Shown here in pieces: positions 1 through 8,649 of a stretch of 37,193 nucleotides of DNA. The notes beneath the pieces were generated by a model. It searched no databases. It saw nothing but the letters and a program-made list of their open reading frames with translations, and was not told where the DNA came from. Within the stretch, counting starts at the first letter, position 1; each line of letters starts with the position of its first letter. Both the position numbers and the translations under genes were made by a program. The DNA is from a bacterium UBP9_UBA1432 (GTDB taxonomy: Bacteria; Vulcanimicrobiota; Xenobia; Xenobiales; Xenobiaceae), in NCBI GenBank assembly GCA_002329445.1, contig DCTU01000378.1, forward strand, positions 1-37,193, written 5' to 3'.

Positions 1-486
1 CCGCCCCCCACCATGCCCGCCCCTCCCGCACCGACGGCGGCGCCAGCCCCTCCTCCGATGTCCGTGCCCCAACCGGCTCCCCCCCCCATGGCACTTCCGC
101 CGTCCGCCCCCTCCCAGCCCAGACCAGAGCCTCCCCTGATCCAGCCTCAAAACCCCAGGGCCGCGCCCGCTCCGGCCGTGCGCCCCGCCCCCCGGCCCGC
201 GGCGCCACGCCAGGCACCTCCTCCCCCCAAACCCCCGCCGCTGATCCGACCCGACCGCCCACTGCCTCCCAAGGTCCATATCGAAGACGACACCAACTCG
301 GGGACCTTCACCGCCGACCCCAGTCGACCGGTCGATGCGCCCCCCTCGAGCGGTCGTGCCCCAAGCGGGTGCTCCGGCTCCTTGGATTCGCGTTCGGACA
401 GCGGCTCGGTGCTGGACGCCGGGCCGGCCGACAGCGGCTACCCCACACCGGCACCGGAGAGCGACCGCCGTCTCCCGGGTTACTGA
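1..486 (+). CDS. C-terminal part of a proline-rich low-complexity protein (5' end outside the window)
   Basis: Frame 1 is open from base 1 (PPPTMPAPPAP...), with stop TGA at 484-486. The product is dominated by Pro/Ala runs (PAPPAPTAAPAPPP, PPPPKPPPLIRP) and ends in a Ser/Asp/Gly-rich tail. Third codon positions are mostly G/C. No catalytic motif was recognised. Confidence 0.45.
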   Translation, partial: PPPTMPAPPAPTAAPAPPPMSVPQPAPPPMALPPSAPSQPRPEPPLIQPQNPRAAPAPAVRPAPRPAAPRQAPPPPKPPPLIRPDRPLPPKVHIEDDTNSGTFTADPSRPVDAPPSSGRAPSGCSGSLDSRSDSGSVLDAGPADSGYPTPAPESDRRLPGY

Positions 487-509
487 GCATTCCAGGAGCA
501 TTGCCCGGT

Positions 510-555
510 GTCGGTCCGCAGCCGATCCCGCTGCGGACCGACCATTCCTTTTCTG
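510..555 (+). terminator. Rho-independent terminator-like hairpin after the proline-rich CDS
   Basis: A 13-bp GC-rich stem (gtcggtccgcagc / gctgcggaccgac) with a 7-nt loop (cgatccc), followed by the T-rich tract cattccttttctg. It lies 24 nt after the stop at 486. Confidence 0.6.
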
Positions 556-571
556 AAGGTCCAACCCGCCC

Positions 572-2038
572 TTGAAAGCGATCCTGATCAACCCGCCTTT
601 GTCACGGGCGGAACTGAAGAACCCGGTGGTGGCCAACCTGTTCTCCAACGCCATGCCGCTGGGGCTGCTCTATATCGCCTCCTACTGCCGGGAGCGCGGA
701 ATCGACGTCGCGGCGATCGACGGACCTGCCGAGAGGCTGGACCTGGAACAGACCATGGCCCGAATCCGGAAAGCCGATCCGGACGTCGTCGGAATCACGA
801 CGACCACCCCGGTATTCCACCGCGCCCTCGAGCTGGCCCGCGCCGTCAAGAAGTGGTCCCCACGGATGCCGGTGGTGGTCGGTGGTCCGCACATCAGCGC
901 GGCGCCGATCTCCAGCATGCAGCACGAGTGCTTCGACATCGGGTGTGCCGGAGAAGGTGAGCAGGCCTTCCACGAACTGGTCGTGGCCCTGGGACGTGGG
1001 GAATCCCCCGAATCTGTTCGAGGGCTGGTCCTGCGCCATCCCGCAGGCGGGGTCTGGTTCACCCCGCCCCGCCTCTCCCAGGTGGACGTCGACACCCTGC
1101 CCTTCCCCGCCCGGGACCTGCTGAACCCCAAGCTCTACGCCTCGCTCCCCACCGACGTCCGCTACCTGCCGAAATTCACCCAACTGGCCACCCGGGGTTG
1201 CCCCTTTCGCTGCACCTTCTGCGACCATGCCGCCGAGGGGAAGAGATATCGCACCCCCAGTCCGCGCTACATGGTCGATGAGATGGAGCACCTGGTCCGC
1301 GAGTTTGGAGCTCGGGAGGTGGCCTTCGTGGGCACGACCTTCACCGCTCGACGCTCGGACGCGGAGGAGTTCTGCGAGCTGTTGATGGAGCGGAACCTGG
1401 GACTGCTCTGGACGTGCTCGACCCGCGTGGACATGGTGACCGAAGACCTGCTTCGCCGACTCAAGAAGGCGGGTTGCTGCTCCATTCGCTTCGGCGTGGA
1501 GAGCGGCAATCAGGAGATCCTGGACTTCATCCGCAAGGGCATCACCAAGGAGCAGGTGCGCCGCGCCATCGAGCTCTGCGAGAAGGTGGACATCCACACC
1601 AAGGCCTTCTTCATGATCGGCCACCCCAAGGAGACCCTGGAAACCATCCGGGAAACCATCGATTTCGCCTGTTCGCTTCCCTTGACCGACGTGACGGTCC
1701 AGATCAACACGCCCCTCCCCAACACACCCCAGTTCTCGCACGCCCGGAAGTACGGAACCCTGAACGACGTGGACTATTCGAGATATTCGTTCTTCGACGC
1801 CGTCTTCGTGCCCCACGGGCTGACCCGGGAAGACCTGCTCAACGCCCACAAGGAGTTCTACCGGCGCTTCTACTGGAGGCCTCAGACCCTGCGCCGACAG
1901 TTGCGCAAGCTGACGCACCTGGCCACCATCTGGAACTATCTGCGCTGCCTGGACCTGATCGTCTACCTGACCCTGGACGTCTTCCGGAAGAAACGCCCGG
2001 AACCCATGTTGGTGGATTCGGACTCCTCCGCATCATGA
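572..2038 (+). CDS. B12-binding-domain (class B) radical SAM enzyme
   Basis: 488 aa. The TTG start gives the family-typical N-terminus MKAILINPP. A Rossmann-like B12-binding segment is present (PLGLLYIASYCRERGIDVAAIDG). The canonical CxxxCxxC cluster motif is in TRGCPFRCTFCDH, with a downstream FGVESGNQEIL element. Confidence 0.9.
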   Translation: MKAILINPPLSRAELKNPVVANLFSNAMPLGLLYIASYCRERGIDVAAIDGPAERLDLEQTMARIRKADPDVVGITTTTPVFHRALELARAVKKWSPRMPVVVGGPHISAAPISSMQHECFDIGCAGEGEQAFHELVVALGRGESPESVRGLVLRHPAGGVWFTPPRLSQVDVDTLPFPARDLLNPKLYASLPTDVRYLPKFTQLATRGCPFRCTFCDHAAEGKRYRTPSPRYMVDEMEHLVREFGAREVAFVGTTFTARRSDAEEFCELLMERNLGLLWTCSTRVDMVTEDLLRRLKKAGCCSIRFGVESGNQEILDFIRKGITKEQVRRAIELCEKVDIHTKAFFMIGHPKETLETIRETIDFACSLPLTDVTVQINTPLPNTPQFSHARKYGTLNDVDYSRYSFFDAVFVPHGLTREDLLNAHKEFYRRFYWRPQTLRRQLRKLTHLATIWNYLRCLDLIVYLTLDVFRKKRPEPMLVDSDSSAS

Positions 2039-3186
2039 ATCCTGCCGTCCGCTTGTTTGAAGTCCGGCCCGTCCGCTCCGCCGACCTCCCCCAGGTGGTG
2101 GCCCGGCATGCCCGCAGCCTGGGCCTGCCCGAAGACGCCCGGCCGCTGCTCCGGTCCACCTGGGAGGCCCTCCTGCAGAGTCCCCTGGCCCTGGCCCTGG
2201 TCGCGGTTCGGGAGGACCGGATCCTGGGCCTTGTCCTGGCCACGAACGACCGTCAGAGACTGGCCAGCGACCTGTGGTCCCGTCGCCCGGGGACGCTCCT
2301 GGCCAGCCTCTGGGCCGCGCCCAGGCGGACCCTCCAGGCCCTGCGCTTCCTTGTCGGGGGCCTCCGCCGCCCCGGGACCACGGCCGAAATCCTGATCCTG
2401 GACGTGCTGCCCGAGGAGGCGTCCCGTGGACCGGCCGGCAGCTTGCTCCAGGCGGCCGTGGAGGAGCTGCGGCGGCGGGGGGCCCGAGAAGTCTGGACCG
2501 GACTTCCTTGCGAGCATGCCGAGGCCTGGACCGCCGCACGAGACCTGGGGTTCCGACCGGATCCCGAGACCGCCGCCGGACCGGGACGATCCGCCGCCGT
2601 GGTCCGAGACCTCCTCCCCGATCCGGACTGGCAGCCGGGCCCCTTCACCACGGCCGATCGCCTCCGCTGTGCCCTGCGCCCTGAAATCCTGGTGATCCTG
2701 CCGATCTATGGACTGGTCCTGATCCCCTTCGCCTCCATGCTGGCCTGGGCGGGTTGCCTGCTGGACCGCCGACTCGGCCTTCCCGAAGTCCTGCCCTTCC
2801 CCTGGAACCTCCTGGCCACGGGGCTTCTGCTGACGGCCGGGGGGGCTCTCCTGTTCTGGAGCTACACCTTCCTGGTCCTGGAAGGTGAAGGCGGGCCGGT
2901 CCCTCCGTTCTCGGCCAAGACGCGTCGGCTGGTCCGAACCGGGCCCTACCGGGTCGTCCGCCACCCCTCGATCCTGGCCAAGCTCCTGGGCGTTCTGGGA
3001 CTGGGAATCGGATTCAACTCCTGGTGCTTCTTGTGCGGCGTCGTGCCGTTGCTTCTGGCATGGTCGCTGGTCTGGAACGGCTCACGGCAGGACCGGGATT
3101 TGATTCGGGTCTTCGGACAGGAGTACCTGGATTACCGGAACGGCACTCCCATGCTGTTGCCCCGCCTGAGGCCGCGGAAGGGATGA
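2035..3186 (+). CDS. Fusion protein: N-terminal GNAT-like acetyltransferase domain plus C-terminal ICMT/PEMT-type membrane methyltransferase domain
   Basis: ATG at 2035 overlaps the upstream stop (ATGA); 383 aa. The N-terminal half looks GNAT-like (VRPVRSADLPQV..., RGPAGSLLQAAVEELRRRG, ARDLGFR). The C-terminal half has about 4 TM helices and the ICMT-family signatures RLVRTGPYRVVRHPSILAKLLGVLG and FGQEYLDYRNGTPMLLP. Confidence 0.75.
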   Translation: MNPAVRLFEVRPVRSADLPQVVARHARSLGLPEDARPLLRSTWEALLQSPLALALVAVREDRILGLVLATNDRQRLASDLWSRRPGTLLASLWAAPRRTLQALRFLVGGLRRPGTTAEILILDVLPEEASRGPAGSLLQAAVEELRRRGAREVWTGLPCEHAEAWTAARDLGFRPDPETAAGPGRSAAVVRDLLPDPDWQPGPFTTADRLRCALRPEILVILPIYGLVLIPFASMLAWAGCLLDRRLGLPEVLPFPWNLLATGLLLTAGGALLFWSYTFLVLEGEGGPVPPFSAKTRRLVRTGPYRVVRHPSILAKLLGVLGLGIGFNSWCFLCGVVPLLLAWSLVWNGSRQDRDLIRVFGQEYLDYRNGTPMLLPRLRPRKG

Positions 3187-4103
3187 GCCCGGCCGGACTG
3201 GTCCGCTGGCTCTTGACCGCCGGCCTCCTGGCGGTGGTTCTCTTCCAGGCGCCTCCGGACCAGTGGCTGCCCACCCTGACCCGGGTCCGCTGGGTTCCGC
3301 TGATCCTGGCCGTCCTGATGATGGCCGGCATCGTGCTGGTGAACACCTGGAAGTGGAGCCTGTTGCTGGAGGTCCAGGGAGTCCGGCCGGGATTCCTGAG
3401 ACTGGCCTACCACTACACGGTCGGCTACTTCTTCAACTCCTTCCTGACGGGGACCGGCGACCTCAAGCGGGCCACCGATCTGGGCCGCGAGCAGGAGGCC
3501 CTTCCCCAGGTCATGGCCTCCGTCCTGGCCGAGCGCTGGTCCGGGACCGTCGGACAGGTGGCCCTGGCCTCGGTCACCCTTCTGGTCGCCTTTCTCAGGG
3601 ACCCGGAGGCCCTCTGGCCGTTGACGCTGGCCTCGGCCGGGCTCTGCACCGCCCTGGTCCTGGGCTATCTTTGGTTTGAAGGCGCCCGACCGGGAGGTTC
3701 CAGATCGGGAAAGGGGCTCATGGAGTGGTTGCACCGCCTGCGCCTGGCGGTCGGAGCCTACAGGGGGCAGCGCAAGGTCTGGTGGGGCTGCCTGGCCCTG
3801 TCCCTGGTGGCTCCCCTGGCCCTGGTCGGAATCCATGCCCTGCTGGCCCGGGCCCTGGATCTGCATCCTGCCCTGCTGGCCCTGCTCTTGTTCGTTCCGA
3901 CGGTGTCGGTCTTCGCCCAGTTGCCAGTCACCATCAACGGCTTCGGACTGCAGGACTGGTTCATGGTGACCCTGCTGGGCGAGGCCATGACCCCCGCCCA
4001 GGCCATGGCCCTGTCCATGCTCTTCCACGCCCTGAGGCTGGCCACCGGGGCCAGCGGTGGAGTCCTCTACGCCCTGGTTCCGAACCTGGGCCGAAGGGGC
4101 TAG
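3183..4103 (+). CDS. UPF0104 / lysyl-PG-synthase-TM-type flippase-like integral membrane protein
   Basis: ATG at 3183 overlaps the upstream stop (ATGA); 306 aa and polytopic. The family-like motif is NTWKWSLLLEV...YHYTVGYFFNSFLTGTGDLKRATDLG. The longer ORF from 3024 would overlap the upstream gene by 160 nt. Confidence 0.8.
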   Translation: MSPAGLVRWLLTAGLLAVVLFQAPPDQWLPTLTRVRWVPLILAVLMMAGIVLVNTWKWSLLLEVQGVRPGFLRLAYHYTVGYFFNSFLTGTGDLKRATDLGREQEALPQVMASVLAERWSGTVGQVALASVTLLVAFLRDPEALWPLTLASAGLCTALVLGYLWFEGARPGGSRSGKGLMEWLHRLRLAVGAYRGQRKVWWGCLALSLVAPLALVGIHALLARALDLHPALLALLLFVPTVSVFAQLPVTINGFGLQDWFMVTLLGEAMTPAQAMALSMLFHALRLATGASGGVLYALVPNLGRRG

Positions 4104-4107
4104 ACTC

Positions 4108-4800
4108 CTAGACCGTCCGGGGCCTCAACAACTCGCGAAGCAGGACCTTCAGGTGCCCGATCCCCACGGGGAAGGATTCGGCTTTGGAGGCCCCGCCGAT
4201 GCGGTCTCCCTCTCGGGTCGGGATCTCCACGATCTTCAATCCGGCCTTCATCGCCCGAATGCTCATCTGATACTCGATCGGAAAGCCCATCTCGTCCAGG
4301 CGCAGACGTTCGAAGGCCGACCTGCGGATGGCTCGAAAGCCGTTGATGGTGTCGGTGACGAACCGTCCGCGATTGAAGAGCAGGTTCGCGATCAAGGTGA
4401 AGAGCAGGTTGACCCAGGCGCGAGGCCGCAGCAACTGATCATCTTCTTCGTTCCGCGCCCCGGGGGCAAAGCGCGAGGCGATCGCCAGGTCGGCCCCCTG
4501 CTCCAAGGACCGCACCAGACCTGGGAGATCGGCGGGGTCCTCGTTGCCGTCCGGAGAGTAGAAGACCAGGAAGTCTCCCCGGGTATTCCGGGCGCCCACC
4601 CGGAAGGCTTCACCCCGGCCCTTGCGCTCTTGCCCCACCACCGGGATCCCCTGTTGCTGGAAGAACTCGCGCGTCCCATCCTGCGAGCCGCCATCGACCA
4701 CCAGGACCTCATCGAAGAAGTCCAGGGGCAGGGAGGAGAACAAGGCTCGGCTCCCCGAGATCTCGTTGTAGGTCAGCAGGATCAGGCTGCAGGTGCTCAT
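4108..4800 (-). CDS. Family 2 glycosyltransferase, polyprenyl-phosphate sugar synthase type (DPM1/ArnC/GtrB-like)
   Basis: 230 aa starting MSTCSLILLTYNE. Motifs VVDGGSQDGT, GRGEAFRVG and YSPDGNEDP (DxD-like) are present. The ATG at 4798-4800 shares one base with the stop of the upstream gene (TGATG). The N-terminal 288 aa of the supplied 518-aa ORF are Gly/Arg/Pro junk overlapping that upstream gene. Confidence 0.85.
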   Translation of the reverse strand: MSTCSLILLTYNEISGSRALFSSLPLDFFDEVLVVDGGSQDGTREFFQQQGIPVVGQERKGRGEAFRVGARNTRGDFLVFYSPDGNEDPADLPGLVRSLEQGADLAIASRFAPGARNEEDDQLLRPRAWVNLLFTLIANLLFNRGRFVTDTINGFRAIRRSAFERLRLDEMGFPIEYQMSIRAMKAGLKIVEIPTREGDRIGGASKAESFPVGIGHLKVLLRELLRPRTV

Positions 4801-6620
4801 CACCGCCCGTTCGCACCTGGGGCAGCGCTCCCCTTCCCCAGCGAAAACACCGCCAGACGTCCCTTCGGCAATCCACGGGAGGGCGAAGACTGAAGGCTCA
4901 CTGCGGGGTCCAGCCCCAAAACAGGGGGACCGACCAGGGCGCCGAGCGTGGCCATCAGGCGCAGGAAGGTCCGGGGCCCGGAGGCCAGCCCGCCCAACCT
5001 GGATTCGTGCAGCACCACCGTGGAATAGCCCGCCTGACGCAGGGTGTCCAGATCCCCTCGGGGGTCCGGGCCCAACGGGAAGCGCCCGGGTTCCATCAGG
5101 TGACGCAGGAGGGGCAGGTCGGCCAGCTCCACCGGCGTCTGATAGGTCCGTGCCGCGGGCGTGCTCAACCCGGGCAGGGCCTCTCGGTCCGCAGGTCCCG
5201 CCAGGACCACCAACCCGGTTGAAGCCTGATAGAAATCCAGGATCTTGCGATCGCCGGTCCCGGGGGACTCGATCAGCCCGCCCGCGCGGGGGTCCAGGGA
5301 AACGTACAGTGCCGGCGGCGCGAGACGGACATGGCTGAGGGGCAGGCTTCCCCGGTGCCCCGCATCCAAGGCCGTGACGCCCGCCACCACCAGGACCACC
5401 AGGGGTACCAGGAAGGCATGTTCTTCGAACCAGGTTTTCAGGGCCGCCAGGTTTCGCGCCCCCAACCCGGCCAACCCCAGATAGAGCAGTGGAGCGAACC
5501 ACCCCGGAGACTGGACCCAGGTCATCCCCGGCACCCAGCGGTACAGCAGAAGGAAGGGCAGGGGAACCAGGCTTCCCTCGACCTGGAGCGGATGCCCTCC
5601 CGGCCCCAGTCGCAGATAGGGCCCTCCGACCAGGAGCAGTCCCGCCAGGGCCACCAGATACCACCCCCGGATTCCCCGAGCCAGGGGCAGGACGAGGAGG
5701 AGCAGGAGCAACGGATTCAGGCCTTCAGGATGTTGGGGGCGAGCCAGGAAATCCAGGGGGAGGGAGCTCTGGTGCAGGACCCGATGCCCCCCAGGCATCT
5801 GGGGTTCCAGCGGGCCGGCCAGGGGTGCCGGCCAGGAGAACGGATAGGCACCCTCCAGGATGGAGCCCAGCAGCGGGCCGTGGAAGAAGGCCGCCACCAG
5901 GAGCCCGGGCACCAGGCCGACCAGACGCGTCCAAAGGTGGCGGCGCAGATGGGGCAGGGTCCCCGAGCCGGCCAGCAGGCACAACGCAACCAGGGCCAGG
6001 AGTCCCTGCAGCCAGGTGGTCAGGAAGCACCCGGCCAGCGTGGCCGAGGCCAGCCAGGAGCGAGGGCGTTCGTCGGAATTCTCGAGATGGAAGAGACTGG
6101 CCACGAAAAGAGCAGGAAAGACCCACAGGGCGTCCCGCAGATCCCCACCTTCAACCAGGCCCAGGACCGTCGGATTGAAGGCCATCAGGGCTCCGGCCAG
6201 AAGAGCCGCCCAGCGGTCTCGGGCAACCGCGAGGCCCAAGATGTAGCCTCCCACGGCATTGGCCGCCAGAACCATGGCCACCTTGAGGTTCCAGGCCGCC
6301 GCCCCGGTCCCCACCAGCCAGGAGGGGAGCGAGAACAGGTACAGGTCCACGGGGCTGAACAGATTCGGGCCGACTCCCCCGGTCAGGAGGATCTCCAGGG
6401 ATTCCACGGGTGGGGTGCGACCCGCCAGAAGGTCCCCCATCATCAGACGGAACCACCAGTCCCGCCAGACCCACAACCCCAGGTCCCGCCCCGAACCGGT
6501 CCAGGTTCCCGCTTGGGGCCAGGCCACCACCAGCACCGCAGCCGCCAGCAGGGCCCCGGGCAGCAGGTGGACCGCCCAGGACGAACGCCAGGCTCGCAGA
6601 CGACGCCCGGGCAGGCTCAT
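4800..6620 (-). CDS. Large polytopic membrane protein, paralog of 8650..10584 (possible GT-C-like glycosyltransferase; function unknown)
   Basis: 606 aa counted from MSLPGRRLRAWRSSW; this ATG overlaps the stop of the GH13 gene (ATGA). It has more than 10 hydrophobic segments. The first loop carries GRDLGLWVWRDWWF, matching GELEGWLWRYWWL in the paralog. A soluble C-terminal domain of about 150 aa follows. Confidence 0.7.
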   Translation of the reverse strand: MSLPGRRLRAWRSSWAVHLLPGALLAAAVLVVAWPQAGTWTGSGRDLGLWVWRDWWFRLMMGDLLAGRTPPVESLEILLTGGVGPNLFSPVDLYLFSLPSWLVGTGAAAWNLKVAMVLAANAVGGYILGLAVARDRWAALLAGALMAFNPTVLGLVEGGDLRDALWVFPALFVASLFHLENSDERPRSWLASATLAGCFLTTWLQGLLALVALCLLAGSGTLPHLRRHLWTRLVGLVPGLLVAAFFHGPLLGSILEGAYPFSWPAPLAGPLEPQMPGGHRVLHQSSLPLDFLARPQHPEGLNPLLLLLLVLPLARGIRGWYLVALAGLLLVGGPYLRLGPGGHPLQVEGSLVPLPFLLLYRWVPGMTWVQSPGWFAPLLYLGLAGLGARNLAALKTWFEEHAFLVPLVVLVVAGVTALDAGHRGSLPLSHVRLAPPALYVSLDPRAGGLIESPGTGDRKILDFYQASTGLVVLAGPADREALPGLSTPAARTYQTPVELADLPLLRHLMEPGRFPLGPDPRGDLDTLRQAGYSTVVLHESRLGGLASGPRTFLRLMATLGALVGPPVLGLDPAVSLQSSPSRGLPKGRLAVFSLGKGSAAPGANGR

Positions 6621-8614
6621 CGTTCCAGAACCGCCGCCGACCAGGCCGGCAGGATCCCCGAGAGGGTTCGACCCGACAGGAGATCCTGCCCCTCCAGGCC
6701 AGGAATCCGCGCTGGCTCCGCACCGGCATTGACGGCCACCAGGACTCCCTGGCCGGGAACCCGTCGCTCGAAAGCCAGCGCGTCGCCCTCCGCGTAGAGA
6801 GGGTGGAAATCGCCGCGGACCAGGGGTTCCAGTTCCCGACGCAGGTCGATCAGGTGGGCCACGCGCCGACGCTGCTGCCGGTCCCCCGCCTGCGGATCCA
6901 CCGGATAGCAGCGACGGCAATCCGGGTCCTTGCCCCCCTCCATCCCGATCTCGTCCCCGTAGTAGATCATCGGGGTGCCTGGCAGGGTGAACTGCAGGAC
7001 CTCCGCCAGGGCCAGGCGCGACGGGTCCTTCTGCAACAGGGTGGCGATCCGGGGGGTATCATGGCTGCCCAGCAGGTTCAACAGACCCTGGTGCGCCTGC
7101 TCGGGATAGGGCAACAGGTTCCTCTGGATGGCCAGCAGGAAGGCCGAGCCTCCGGACTTGCCGGTCAGAAGATCGAGAATCGCCGCCCGCGCCGGGTAGT
7201 TCATCACGCCGTCAAACTGGTCGCCCTGCAACCAGGGGGAGGCATCGCTCCAGATCTCACCGGTGATGTAGGCCTGGGGATCCGCCTGTTTGACGGCCAC
7301 CCGGAAGTCCTTCCAGAAGGAATGGGGCACCTCGTTGGGCACGTCCAGCCGCCAGCCGGCCACCCCGAACTCCCGGACCCACCAGGTGGCGACCTTCAAC
7401 AGATACTCCCGCACAGCGGGCTCCCCGGTGTTCAACTTGGGCAGATGGGCGAAGCCCCACCAGGCCTCGTAGTTCGGCTTGGGCTCCATCCGGACCGGGA
7501 ACTCATGGACGAAGTACCAGGTCCGATAGGGAGACTCCTGGCCTCGTGCCAGCAGATCCTGGAAGGCGAAAAGACCGGTCCCGGAGTGGTTGAAGACGCC
7601 GTCCAGCAGGACGCGGATCCCCCGCTGCCGGCACTCGTCCAGGAGATGCCGGAAATCCTGTTCCGTTCCGAAGGCGGGGTCGATCTGAAGATAGTCCGCC
7701 GTATCGTACTTGTGGTTGGAGGGGGCTCGAAAGATCGGGTTGAGATAGAGGGCCCCGATCCCCAGCTCCTGCAGCTCGTCCAATCGGCCCGCCAAACCCG
7801 CCAGGTCGCCCCCGAAGAAGTTGTCGTTCTCGGGAGGATCTCCCCATGGGCGGGCTCCCGGAGGGTCTCCCGAGGGGTCCCCGTTGGCGAAGCGCTCCGG
7901 GAAGACCTGGTAGAAGACCGAACGCGACACCCACTCCGGCGTCTGGAAGACAGGCCTCTTCGGGACCACGAAGGGCTGGCCGGGGAAGCGGGCCAGACCC
8001 GAGGCACCCAGCCAGGCTTCCTTCCGGCGGAACCAGTAGATCCGGGTTCCGGGGCGGAGCCGAGCCTGGGGATAGAGGAAGGTTCCATCGCTCCAGCCAG
8101 GTTCCAGGCGGAGGCGCTCGGACGGTGTCACCACCTCCCACTCCTCGGCCTGGACCTGCACGGGTGTGCGCAGGCGGACCCGGACCCGGCCGTCGGCCAG
8201 GACGTTGCAGTACTGCGGCCCGGTCCCGTGACGCAGCGCCGCTGCGGGGCTCCCCTGCCCCACTTCACCGACCCGAAGCAGCGAGTTGACCCCTCCAAAG
8301 TTGTCGTCGGCCTGCTCGGAAGCTGCCGGATCCGGGTACCAGGCCCGTCCATCCACCAGGAACTTGTAGGTGTACAGACCCGGTTCGAGCTCCAGCCGGG
8401 CCTCCCATGTCCCATCCCCGTCGGGATCGGACATGGGGGCGGCCTCCGGACTCCAGCCGTTGAAGGAGCCCACCACCGCAACCGTCCGCGGACTGCCGGA
8501 GGGGGTGAAGCGGAATCGGACCTCCAGAAGCCCCTCGCACCAGGAAGGCCCGGACAGGAACAGGACCAGCAGAAGGGTCCACGACGAGCGCAGCATGCCG
8601 GCGGCTTTCGCCAT
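6617..8614 (-). CDS. Secreted GH13 alpha-amylase-family glycoside hydrolase (neopullulanase/cyclomaltodextrinase-like) with N-terminal CBM48/E-set glycogen-binding module
   Basis: 665 aa with a signal-peptide-like N-terminus (MAKAAGMLRSSWTLLLVLFLSGPSWC). The CBM48-like block is VAVVGSFNGWSP...GTWEARLELEPGLYTYKFLVDGRAWYPDP. All four GH13 conserved regions are intact: VLLDGVFNHSG, GWRLDVPNEV, YITGEIW and LLGSHDTPR. Confidence 0.92.
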   Translation of the reverse strand: MAKAAGMLRSSWTLLLVLFLSGPSWCEGLLEVRFRFTPSGSPRTVAVVGSFNGWSPEAAPMSDPDGDGTWEARLELEPGLYTYKFLVDGRAWYPDPAASEQADDNFGGVNSLLRVGEVGQGSPAAALRHGTGPQYCNVLADGRVRVRLRTPVQVQAEEWEVVTPSERLRLEPGWSDGTFLYPQARLRPGTRIYWFRRKEAWLGASGLARFPGQPFVVPKRPVFQTPEWVSRSVFYQVFPERFANGDPSGDPPGARPWGDPPENDNFFGGDLAGLAGRLDELQELGIGALYLNPIFRAPSNHKYDTADYLQIDPAFGTEQDFRHLLDECRQRGIRVLLDGVFNHSGTGLFAFQDLLARGQESPYRTWYFVHEFPVRMEPKPNYEAWWGFAHLPKLNTGEPAVREYLLKVATWWVREFGVAGWRLDVPNEVPHSFWKDFRVAVKQADPQAYITGEIWSDASPWLQGDQFDGVMNYPARAAILDLLTGKSGGSAFLLAIQRNLLPYPEQAHQGLLNLLGSHDTPRIATLLQKDPSRLALAEVLQFTLPGTPMIYYGDEIGMEGGKDPDCRRCYPVDPQAGDRQQRRRVAHLIDLRRELEPLVRGDFHPLYAEGDALAFERRVPGQGVLVAVNAGAEPARIPGLEGQDLLSGRTLSGILPAWSAAVLER

Positions 8615-8649
8615 TCCCGTCCGAGTTCCCCACCCGTCCTCTGGAAGCG

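Noticed and set aside
487-571. Possible cobalamin riboswitch upstream of the B12-dependent radical SAM gene.
   Set aside because: Only 85 nt are available, and most of it is a simple terminator hairpin. This is far too short for a cobalamin aptamer, and I saw no B12-box-like element.
602-1918. 438-aa ORF antisense to the B12 radical SAM gene. Similar cases are 1963..2964, 3132..4028 and 1414..2034.
   Set aside because: These are typical high-GC shadow ORFs. Their products are Gly/Arg/Pro/Ala low-complexity with no motifs. The opposite-strand or alternative-frame products have clear family signatures.
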